This document shows, piece after piece, positions 57,301 to 64,000 of a stretch of DNA of 64,000 nt. Source of the DNA: Candidatus Obscuribacterales bacterium (GTDB lineage: Bacteria > Cyanobacteriota > Vampirovibrionia > Obscuribacterales > Obscuribacteraceae); assembly GCA_965228855.1 (NCBI GenBank), contig CBDDIJ010000002.1, forward strand, positions 1,632,001 through 1,696,000, given 5' to 3'. The number at the start of each line of letters is the position of its first letter. The stretch's first letter is position 1. The notes under the pieces are model-generated. The model saw only the letters and a program-made list of their open reading frames with translations, was not told the DNA's origin and searched no databases. The translations under genes were made by a program, and so were the position numbers.

Positions 57301-59483
57301 AATGTGCCTCTGGGATCGGCAAGGATTTCGTTCCAATCTTTATCATTACCTTTGCTTATCTCATCAAGCAAACTCTTCTCGTCGTCGTTGAAGAAGCCTG
57401 TGTAAAGCTCCGCCTTCACCTTCATCGGGACGCGTCCCTCTTCAATCAGAGGTTTTGCGTATCTCTCGTATTCATCGTCGTCGAGAGCGCCATGAATTGC
57501 CTCGTCGAACTTCTTGCGGTACTCGGGATCGTCTTTCAACCTGTCGCGCAGCTTGGGATCTTTGCGGAACGCTTCCTCGAGGTCGGCGATAACCTTGGCT
57601 TCGTCGGTGTTCATGTGATCGGCATGAACATAAAGCTTCGACAAAATATCGTCTTCCGGTTTGTCACCGCGGGTGATGGCGTCAAGAACGGCGAATGCAG
57701 ATTTCTGCTCTTCGCCTTCGTCCATGCCGTCGATAATGAGCTGGTCAACTTTTTTCTTGAACTCCGGATCCGTTCTATAGCGCTCTTGGTCGGATTTGCT
57801 CATTCGCCGCAGGGACTCTAGCACGCCTTCTTCACTCGTGTTGAAGAAACCGACCTCGTCACCCACGGATTCTAGAATAGATCTCTGAGCGCCCTGTGAT
57901 TCAATGTACGTTTTTGCCTGGAGCTTAGCTGTCAAAAGTGCATCGACTCGCTTCATCTCGTCTTCGCTGAGATCGATCTTCAGTACTTCACGCACACGCT
58001 TGAGTTGATCGGGATCATTTTTCAACAGATCCCAATCATCTTTGGACATGTCTTCAATCGTGCGGAGAACTTCACCCATGCCGTCGTCAATCATGCCGCC
58101 GTGTTTGGCTAATTGACTTACGAGCGTGCCGTCCTTTTTACCGATCAGGTCTTCCCATTTTGCGACTTCTCTTTCGTTGCCTGCTCCGACCAGGGCTTTA
58201 TGCAGTTTTTCGTAGTAAGTTTTGTCCGCTTTCTGTTCGTCGCTTAAGCCATCGGGTGGCGTGCCTGCGAGATTTTTGCCTCGCACATATGACTGTCGCT
58301 CGCTGTCGGTCATGCGCTCGATCGCCAGTTCAATGGCTTCCTCGTTGTCATTGACGACGCCGGTGTTTGCCTCAATCTTCGTGGAGACATCCAGTTTTCC
58401 GAGTTTGGCGTAATCGAGCGCTTGTTTGCTGTCATCGGTGACGCCATAAACAACCTCTCCGGAGGGACCATAACCTTGCCCACTAGTCACGGGTTTGCCG
58501 AAAGTAACCAAGATTCGGTGCTCGCCGCCATTGTTGAGGAACGTCTTACGAGCGGCCGGCGACGCATCTCGGAACGCTTCTTGAAACATGTCGAGATTTT
58601 TTTCTTTCAAGGCCAGATCGGCAAGCTTCAATGTGTCGGCATCGGTACGTTTATCCGTGCCTTTCAGGTAGATCTCCAGGGCCTGCTTTGTCGACTCGGG
58701 CAAATTGGGGTCTTTGAGCAGGGCATCGTGAATGCCGACACCATTGTGCTCGGCGCGATAAACCTTGTCCATCTCGGCGATCTGCTGCGAGTTCATCGTG
58801 CTAATCGTGTCACGAAGATCTTTTTCAATTGTGGAATTGGAGCGAACACCCAAGCCCCACTCCTTGTGTTCGGTCAGGGCGACGTCGACTCTTGCTGCGT
58901 CGATGTTCTTGGGTTTCCAGAGAGCAAGCGACCGTTCGAGGTCAGAACCGGACAGCTCGTCTCTGAGTTCATCCTCGATACCGTGACCTACGAGCTTTTT
59001 GTAAACCTTGTCCAGCTCTTCGCGATCCTGGGGATTCTTGATGCGCTTGAGCTGTTCGTTTATGGCGTCTTTGTCCGTGCCGATTCCGGTCCAACCGCCG
59101 TTTGCAGCCTCATTGATGGCTTCGGCGATCTTTTGAAGCTCCTTAGCAGTCAGCCGCTTTGCTTCGGCTGGTGGGGTGTTCGTTCCAACGAGTTCCACTG
59201 CGCTCAAGCCTGGTGCTGTCGCCGCCGGTTTCTGAGCGTCTTTTACAATTTTGAGCGCGTCCGGCTGACCAAATTGCTGCTGGCTGACGTGTGTCTCGAT
59301 GGCGGTTCCTGAGGGTCTGGCGTCACTCGGCGCGGCGGTCGCATCACCCTGAGTCCCCTCCGGTCTGGTTGCAGGGATTGTTTGCTGTTGAACGACGTGC
59401 GCCTCAATCCTGTCGCCCGGCGGCTTTGCTTCAGCAGCCTTGCCGTTTCCGGCAGGTTTTGTGGTGTCTACAATTTCAGACAT
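51273..59483 (-). CDS. giant multidomain protein: annexin-like repeats, hydrophobic helices, 2 FHA, YD-like repeats, Cys protease, HExxH metallopeptidase
   Basis: uninterrupted 2736-aa ORF; motifs detailed in findings. Confidence 0.85.
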   Translation of the reverse strand: MSEIVDTTKPAGNGKAAEAKPPGDRIEAHVVQQQTIPATRPEGTQGDATAAPSDARPSGTAIETHVSQQQFGQPDALKIVKDAQKPAATAPGLSAVELVGTNTPPAEAKRLTAKELQKIAEAINEAANGGWTGIGTDKDAINEQLKRIKNPQDREELDKVYKKLVGHGIEDELRDELSGSDLERSLALWKPKNIDAARVDVALTEHKEWGLGVRSNSTIEKDLRDTISTMNSQQIAEMDKVYRAEHNGVGIHDALLKDPNLPESTKQALEIYLKGTDKRTDADTLKLADLALKEKNLDMFQEAFRDASPAARKTFLNNGGEHRILVTFGKPVTSGQGYGPSGEVVYGVTDDSKQALDYAKLGKLDVSTKIEANTGVVNDNEEAIELAIERMTDSERQSYVRGKNLAGTPPDGLSDEQKADKTYYEKLHKALVGAGNEREVAKWEDLIGKKDGTLVSQLAKHGGMIDDGMGEVLRTIEDMSKDDWDLLKNDPDQLKRVREVLKIDLSEDEMKRVDALLTAKLQAKTYIESQGAQRSILESVGDEVGFFNTSEEGVLESLRRMSKSDQERYRTDPEFKKKVDQLIIDGMDEGEEQKSAFAVLDAITRGDKPEDDILSKLYVHADHMNTDEAKVIADLEEAFRKDPKLRDRLKDDPEYRKKFDEAIHGALDDDEYERYAKPLIEEGRVPMKVKAELYTGFFNDDEKSLLDEISKGNDKDWNEILADPRGTLPFLSVEEREVALNIARQRGEMRPEDKIRAAMLGGGTAEEVIHETLKGLSQAQIETARAEYLRKYDSDMLGDTLQEMGGSDREKVIRAAGAQPETAREAFNTARDGVYKSVDGIGRSFVDAIDGTADMTMDELNQYASGMAGYTRRFEEMPPEQRAEFQANFIKAKELYGKSENSAADMVVDGAIIAAGVIGAKFTGGVSLSLLAYTSLGGALFKVGAKAAIVGNDYDFASADVLADGATGAIDAATIFLGPAQAAQFLKLGAKSAETAAATVIAQSDDLLKAGGRQLLKEGSEEKLQQRIFQEVAFAISNGADGVDQKAFTRIASDFAASPEDVPALAAVVEQSLGQAIRQEGANALKAQMRELGLNSLAGNVGGGLSGLVYGVKDLDESRSVSDNLYQLAQSGFTGSLTGTGMAAGFTAGFRAIGRTVSAFRQVDAPHRTTHGPTVTTPNGAAAAIGDGTAVTGGGAAITGSAAVVTESGGRAVGESTGRIVGQVADVADDAAVNGAESTAQNAAGQTLRDSTTGGAHDAAAGETAKGITDSSGGVVVGSDGKGGPPQILLQGHEVIAKGERGKLLGYDTRTGEAIVEFPEREGWAVQMRPFENDGRYKPIEINGKQYYRNEHGQVFDLMEMGGKQSIYIKHKYQIHARDDLKAAPYQPPEKQIPLFGDDGRHGLEAPRVEAPVVPKISVHIDRNQYHLTDLYDGAELTLDGRAINGHQISHDGPPVELGRRSLGLIRNDSNLLVSTNHATVHFDAQQQMYYLEEHSLNGTYLKRAGESEFTYLPGGKEKPYRVYLGPNDSVRLGSADGPEVKLRVRNGEDMKPPPGPKGDVDVRIFFDGQPLHPNADGELMIGRKHQSFGNDSPSDILNRRVANTHAKLKWNESAQSWELTDLTRASAQNPDFAERTVMMRAGGNGTYIKRADGKVDFLQGNSTLIGPNDQIHLGSLDGPELKFITNQGYRQPDGLVVVPRKNFDQAVKRPDGTTEITNFLNFRRLEDQYGRVLQTLNPEGNRNGFTYGADGKLSTIRFDDESVAVRGSDGLWTRITPDRQRQRYWDGDISVEPDGGIRFTDRGNPPMSTIERVDGVREVHHPNGRVEYKNVQFSEELSRMNLIAKSFPDEAQSRRFKTMMSQFELRAQKMGLSAEEKAQTFFHVRRLFTAEYGAFLTAPERARLAEQIMDLASDPRICQGYNNTCNVSTVEARMFTREPSEAARLISDVVINGKYVTADGVTVDLARVPGVLKPDAESQALARTFQANGTDLRIDGKRPYASQIFEVTAVNLKYARSNEFKVAPGEIVVYEKPGGPTTSKTGEELVKYSVDSNGFIRRTKLQDSPHITGPELTDIYNQIAGTKDQHFVIRGTVNAGGPRTDSSYAVNSARELQDQIQRVTNNGQGPGILLVHTRNEPWFTDSGAGRAGGSGGWHVVNVHGVRQDPRTGKAVVDATNQWGFGKDHMGDRAIPIEQLYHSMFEHAPPPLPKPGPTPGPEPGPEKKGWFRRLFTSDSTPAADGSSVASTADIVASSPDSFDASPHALDAPVRTADSVTAPSEQIIGDRDPNGGLWSPNRHFDELEYEDKRALFEMLSGRDTPLTDPDFTEAFTQNALPIFQGWKDNYKPMFKEMKEARDVILANRDQFSELAQEVPGLHVGSIHQTRELMNEFYEGQPDKLKIINAYLDARDTNYRLLEKLDDALEPRRQQIEDLANSVVAGFRNSDGSLVGIPNVKVELVLPEHMGSAVATYGDGVIRINKAEMLNDKAVADLLGTVYHELVHNEQQTTILRALADELKLGTKPTETDMKVLRELYKDRTGRNMPDEYARRVMDLRNGTELPETAAARAQSLMEAFSLNQPVGQEWIELGNSFRRIQREIPRLEGKANEKSVAARILMDLSSSKSRTLTAQRFFGTDTMHPELVDYARRLNRYMNGADDNSWNNDVEMEARKVILEHMRRHVDQINERRRTLYENYMQFHEYDAWLAGERVRRRAIAEGATYRDPKTSLWDEIDWIQ

Positions 59484-59664
59484 GGTGCCTGAGGTCTCAT
59501 CCAGCTTGCCCTTACGAATTTATTCCCAATTATGGCTCAGGATATATAACAAAGTTGTGTAATCAAGAGGTCCAAAATGCCCATAGAGTTGAGGAATTTC
59601 GTGTTGCATCCGGTGGTTTATCCCTGATAGACTGACCATCATTCGCTTTTGAGGAAGCGCCGTA

Positions 59665-60687
59665 TTGGTTTTGTCAAGGAGCCTGGTGTCTGTGATTGTA
59701 GATAGAGTCAGCCTTAGCGACGTTCTCGTCGCCCAGAAGCGCATTAAACCGTTTGTGCTCAATACGCCCTTAGCCAAGAGCTTTTGGCTCAGTGAACTGA
59801 CACAGGCCGAAGTCTGGTTGAAGCTTGAGAACCTGCAAAACACCCGCAGTTTTAAGCTGCGCGGAGCGCTTAATGCGCTGAGCTGGGCACGTGAAAAGGG
59901 CATGGTCAAGTGCTTCTCCTCGACAATTGGCAATCACGCATTGGCGATGGCACAAGCGGCGCTGTTTACAGATCGCGAAGTGACAGTCTGCGTGCCGGAA
60001 AACGTTTCGCCCAAAAAGCTGAAGGAACTCGACCGTTATTCGGTCGGCATTGTCAAGCATGGGGAGGAAGCATCGGTCACCGAAGTTTTCGCTCGTCGAT
60101 TGGCTCAGGAGAAGAAAGGGCTTTATGTTTCGCCCTACAACAACCCTGAGGTGATTTGCGGGAATGGCACCATAGCGCTCGAAATGTTCGAGCGTGTCCC
60201 GAAATTCTCGACCATCATTTGCGCAGTCGGCGGAGGCGGTCTAATCAGCGGTATCGCGACAGTCGCCAAAGCCATCAATCCTTCTTGCCGTATCGTCGGC
60301 GTTGTTCCGAGTGCCGTGCCGACCATGCATCGCGCCGTGACAACCGGAAGAATTCAGCCGTCGATAGCGAATTACACGCTGGCTGAATCGCTTGCCGTGA
60401 ACATCGAAGAAGACACCATAACTTTGCCTCTCGTCCAGGAACTGGTTGATGAGTGGGTCACTATCGATGAAGGCGATATTGCTTCGACGATGTTCGAATT
60501 CCTTGACCAGGAAGGCATGTTAATCGAAGGAGCAGCTGCTTGTGCAATCGCTGCCATCGCCAAGAAGGTGATCAACTTCAAGCCGCGCGAGAAAGTTGCA
60601 GTCATCGTATGTGGTGCCAATGTCAATAGAAACGACTGGCGTGAAGTTGTTGTCGATCACCTGGTTGGTGCCCGCACTTCCGTTTAA
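59665..60687 (+). CDS. PLP-dependent threonine/serine dehydratase-family enzyme without ACT domain
   Basis: LKLENLQ-x-TRSFKLRGA, GNHA, VGGGGLISG and CGAN. Confidence 0.88.
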   Translation: MVLSRSLVSVIVDRVSLSDVLVAQKRIKPFVLNTPLAKSFWLSELTQAEVWLKLENLQNTRSFKLRGALNALSWAREKGMVKCFSSTIGNHALAMAQAALFTDREVTVCVPENVSPKKLKELDRYSVGIVKHGEEASVTEVFARRLAQEKKGLYVSPYNNPEVICGNGTIALEMFERVPKFSTIICAVGGGGLISGIATVAKAINPSCRIVGVVPSAVPTMHRAVTTGRIQPSIANYTLAESLAVNIEEDTITLPLVQELVDEWVTIDEGDIASTMFEFLDQEGMLIEGAAACAIAAIAKKVINFKPREKVAVIVCGANVNRNDWREVVVDHLVGARTSV

Positions 60688-60716
60688 GCGAGCCGTTCGG
60701 CTGTTCTTTGTCTGCG

Positions 60717-60971
60717 TCAGGGGCTATTTTTCTTCTGCTCTTCAGCGGGAGTTTGCTGATTAGTTTCCGCTGGCGCGGGCGATCGCTTTTGAGTCTCTGG
60801 TGGGTTAAGCATTAGCATCACCACCGGTATCAAGGAAAGTGCCGACACGATTAAGGCAATTAGAATCCATTTGCGCGTCGATACCGGCGGCAAATCTTCC
60901 TCAACTAGTCCGTGAACGTCAGGCGTCGGTTTTTCCGAAGCGTCGGTGAGTCTGTTATCTGTATCTGTCAT
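60717..60971 (-). CDS. small single-TM protein
   Basis: WILIALIVSALSLIPVVMLML hydrophobic helix. Confidence 0.6.
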   Translation of the reverse strand: MTDTDNRLTDASEKPTPDVHGLVEEDLPPVSTRKWILIALIVSALSLIPVVMLMLNPPETQKRSPAPAETNQQTPAEEQKKNSP

Positions 60972-60984
60972 TGTCTGTGGTTAC

Positions 60985-61488
60985 TTAAAGTGGAGTGCCA
61001 TCGTCAAATTGCGATGCTTTGCGTTCGCCATCGCGTTGCCAATCCGGGGTTTCGCTCCAGACCTTGGCGCGGTGGGCTCGCTTGGTGCTGGCGTTCAAAT
61101 CCAGGTCGTCCCCTTTTGTGAATGTTGAAGCACCGGTCACAAGGCTTCTGAAGAGGAACGCGAGAATCGACGCTCCTACGAAACCTCCACCGAGCAAGTA
61201 ATAAAGCCCATTCTTCATCTTCCCGACTGCGTACAGATAGTTCAGCTGCGGGACCTTCTTGGCTGCAACCGCGAAGATGTGAGGATTGCTCATCTGAATA
61301 CACGCACTGGCTAAAACAAGAAGCAGTCCCACGGCGCATGAAAATGCTACTGGGTTTCGCTCGAATTCGTAGGTTTTGTAGCCGCTGCCCTGGGTTCGCC
61401 TGTCCGCGAAATTTCCCGCGAATATTAGCCATAGCGCGTTGATGAAAAAGATAATTCCGAGTCCGGTAAGTAACCAGTATTGGTTCAT
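60985..61488 (-). CDS. hypothetical 3-TM membrane protein
   Basis: three hydrophobic segments; GAGG RBS. Confidence 0.7.
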   Translation of the reverse strand: MNQYWLLTGLGIIFFINALWLIFAGNFADRRTQGSGYKTYEFERNPVAFSCAVGLLLVLASACIQMSNPHIFAVAAKKVPQLNYLYAVGKMKNGLYYLLGGGFVGASILAFLFRSLVTGASTFTKGDDLDLNASTKRAHRAKVWSETPDWQRDGERKASQFDDGTPL

Positions 61489-61609
61489 TTCAAGCCTCAG
61501 CGAAAGGACAGATTCCTAAGACTATGTTAGTAGGTTTGGCGTCGTGCAACAAGCGGCGGTATGATGGCAAAAGCCCAAGCGTGACAGCGGAAGAGGTCGC
61601 GTTAACTCC

Positions 61610-62422
61610 GTGGAGTCGTCGATGACCGAAGCTAAACCGATTGTTCAAAATGGAATCGATCAGCTCCGCTCTGTTGTAGCGCAGGATAAGCTCAATTTTG
61701 ACGAGTTAAGTGTTAGACTCGCGCCGCTTCTCGAACTCCAGAGCGCTTCGCAACGGCTGCACTCTGCCTTCGCACTTCAGGTCGGCCAGTTGCACGAGCA
61801 CCTCACAGAAGATCAATTGGACGCGTCTATAGATGGTTTACAGTCAATGTACTATGAGCTGCTGATGACCACTTCGGTATTGCTGCGTTTGCGGAGCAGC
61901 GATGCGATGAATCATCAAAGAAAACTGATTGAACTAGCAGCTTTCATTCACGAACATTTAGCGGACGAGGTCAGTGCGAAGCGCTGGAAGGACGCTATTC
62001 ATCCCGGAAAGCTGGAAACTATAAAGCGGCAGAGATACAAGAAGCGATATCAGGCGCATCAGTTAGTAGACAAGCATTTTAAGAGAAGCGAGACTGAGCA
62101 GGGGCACCTGATCGGTTTAAATTATGATGCAGCCTGCTTCTTCGTACATCCGTCCGTGATTTCTAGTCGCGATCGTATCGTCAAGAATGAGAAGAAATAT
62201 TCGCTGCACTCTCACGATCAAAAAACAGACGAGACTGTCGCCTCCGTCGTCAGTCTCGTTATCGGTGTTCATGGATTGTTTGTTGCTTTGCTTGATTCGC
62301 TTGCCGCTGCGCTAAGCGTTTACGATGGTTTCGCCCTGGACGTCTGGCAGTCAGCGATGGACGAGTGGACAGAAGTCTGGGAGCCGCTTAGCGAAGACAA
62401 TGAGAACGCGTATGCTCGTTGA
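61610..62422 (+). CDS. hypothetical all-alpha protein, DUF5677/HEPN-like
   Basis: A-x4-R-x2-IE (AMNHQRKLIE) and Y-x6-VHPS (YDAACFFVHPS) patterns. Confidence 0.55.
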   Translation: MESSMTEAKPIVQNGIDQLRSVVAQDKLNFDELSVRLAPLLELQSASQRLHSAFALQVGQLHEHLTEDQLDASIDGLQSMYYELLMTTSVLLRLRSSDAMNHQRKLIELAAFIHEHLADEVSAKRWKDAIHPGKLETIKRQRYKKRYQAHQLVDKHFKRSETEQGHLIGLNYDAACFFVHPSVISSRDRIVKNEKKYSLHSHDQKTDETVASVVSLVIGVHGLFVALLDSLAAALSVYDGFALDVWQSAMDEWTEVWEPLSEDNENAYAR

Positions 62423-62447
62423 AAATTTCTTGCCGCCGAATGGGCTC

Positions 62448-64000
62448 TCAGGCTTTTGCGGATAGTGGTAACTCAATCGTCACAGATTCCATATTCTCGT
62501 CAGCTTCGATGCGTACTTTTCCATTATGCGCGTTGATTATTGCTCTTGATAGGGCCAACGCCAGACCGCTGGACTCCACGGCTTCATCGCTTATGACCGG
62601 TACGAGGGCGTAGCGGGACAGTGAGGCATCGCGTACTTCTTCCGGTAGATGGAAACCTTCAGCGGTGATCGTGATTGAAGCAGCTGGCGCTTCTTCTGCA
62701 AGCCATATTCTGATCTTCGCGTCGGGTGAGGCGAAGCGCTGTACTAGTGAAACAAAATGCGCCAGAGCAAACGTCATCCGTTCTTGATCGACTCTTACGC
62801 TCACGTTGGGATCAAAGGTGGCTGGCGTAATAGTGATCGAAGCTCTGTTCAAGTGCTCGACCGCGATCGTCGCTTCGACCAGACGTAACAGGGAAATTTG
62901 GTTTAGCTCTAAAACGCCTAGCCCGGCCTCGAATTTTTCCAGATCAAGGAAGTCGTTGATTAGATTGACCAGGTTGGCTACGATAGTGTTGGCATTTCTC
63001 AGTGCTGAGCCTTCTTCGGCACTGCTGAAGTTCGCTCCCTCGACCATTATCTCGAGTGTGCCGAAAAGCGCTGTAAGGGGGGAGCGCAAATCGTGACTGA
63101 TCATGGCAACAAAGTCACGCTTTACGTTTTCAATCTGGAGCCTCGCAGAAATGTCTCGAAAGGTAGCCAGATAGGTTCTCTTGGAATATGCGTTTGCGTA
63201 GGAACGCATGCTGAATTCAGCGGGAATGATTTCATTGGCGAAACTTTTCACATTTAGCTCGATTGGATTTGCTTCGGCAATCCGTGCGATCTCTTTTAGC
63301 TGCGCACCGGTGGTGGTGGCGCCGGTGATCAGGACTCCCAGATCTCGAGCGAGTAACTTGGTTGGATCGCAGCGGAATAAATCCGTTGTCGCCTTGTTGA
63401 GAGAGCTAATTACGAAGGATTCGTCAGTTGTTACGACGGCAATCGGCATGCGATCAACAATGTTTTTGAACTCTTCTTGTCGTTGTCGAATTTTGCGAAT
63501 CTGCGAACTCAATTCGGTGACGTCGTGACCAACGAGAACAGCTGTGTCACCCTCATCTGAACGCCGCCCCTTCCAGGATATATCAATCGTCTGACCCGAT
63601 GGCTTTCTCAAGGTTGTGTCAAATTCTATATCGATGCCATCAGAAAACAACTGGTTCAATTCTGCCTCGATATCACTCGAGCTATCGAAGAAGGGCAGGG
63701 ATGCGAACTGTTTTTCTATCAGGTCTGTTGTTCTAAAACCCAGCTGGTCTGCGCTGCCCCGTCCGATAGAATAAATTTTGCCGGATTCGTCGATCGAACA
63801 AACCACACTTGTGGCATGGTCGAACATGACCTTTTCGTTGCTCTGAAACCGTTGTATGTTGGCTGCAATTTCGTGAAGTTCAATCGCGAGCATGTCGATT
63901 TCATCGGTACCTCTCGGTAATTCCAACAAGGGAGCGCCACTGCCAATGGTATTGATGTCTTCGAAGATTTTGTCGAATCGCCGGGTTATATCAGAGAAGA
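62448..64000 (-). CDS. HAMP-PAS-PAS histidine kinase, 5'-truncated by the window edge, with degenerate ATPase domain
   Basis: frame stays open to base 64000 (FSDITRRF...GTDEIDML is HAMP-like); two PAS; H-box ISHDLRSPL. Confidence 0.85.
   Translation of the reverse strand, partial: FSDITRRFDKIFEDINTIGSGAPLLELPRGTDEIDMLAIELHEIAANIQRFQSNEKVMFDHATSVVCSIDESGKIYSIGRGSADQLGFRTTDLIEKQFASLPFFDSSSDIEAELNQLFSDGIDIEFDTTLRKPSGQTIDISWKGRRSDEGDTAVLVGHDVTELSSQIRKIRQRQEEFKNIVDRMPIAVVTTDESFVISSLNKATTDLFRCDPTKLLARDLGVLITGATTTGAQLKEIARIAEANPIELNVKSFANEIIPAEFSMRSYANAYSKRTYLATFRDISARLQIENVKRDFVAMISHDLRSPLTALFGTLEIMVEGANFSSAEEGSALRNANTIVANLVNLINDFLDLEKFEAGLGVLELNQISLLRLVEATIAVEHLNRASITITPATFDPNVSVRVDQERMTFALAHFVSLVQRFASPDAKIRIWLAEEAPAASITITAEGFHLPEEVRDASLSRYALVPVISDEAVESSGLALALSRAIINAHNGKVRIEADENMESVTIELPLSAKA

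Noticed and set aside
50690..59660. Integrative element or prophage at tRNA-Gly
   Set aside because: No integrase, phage genes or visible att duplication

Overview
A gene-dense bacterial chromosomal window with about 50 CDS and one tRNA-Gly(TCC). I found no rRNA, CRISPR array, transposase or integrase. The abundance of TPR proteins and Hanks-type Ser/Thr kinases and the general protein style suggest a non-photosynthetic cyanobacterial relative (Vampirovibrionia/Obscuribacterales-like); this is inference only. Housekeeping genes include uppS, mutS, xth, ald, a thiolase, tdk, hppD, hisC and a threonine dehydratase-like enzyme. The best candidate for an undescribed system is a 2736-aa protein beside the tRNA. 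It combines annexin-like repeats (two retain GxGT-x38/39-E), Gly-rich hydrophobic helices, two FHA domains, YD-like repeats, a papain-like Cys protease and a C-terminal HExxH zincin, and it overlaps a small PsbP/DcrB(Eag)-fold partner gene. Together these suggest a membrane-targeting effector plus a chaperone or immunity protein. Other points of interest are a stressosome operon with tandem rsbT genes, an aspartase homologue and a PAS histidine kinase that both look catalytically degenerate, a coupled pair of N-terminal-membrane kinases, ART-like and HEPN-like small proteins, and short repeat arrays starting at gene stop codons. All domain calls are by-eye motif recognition, not database searches.
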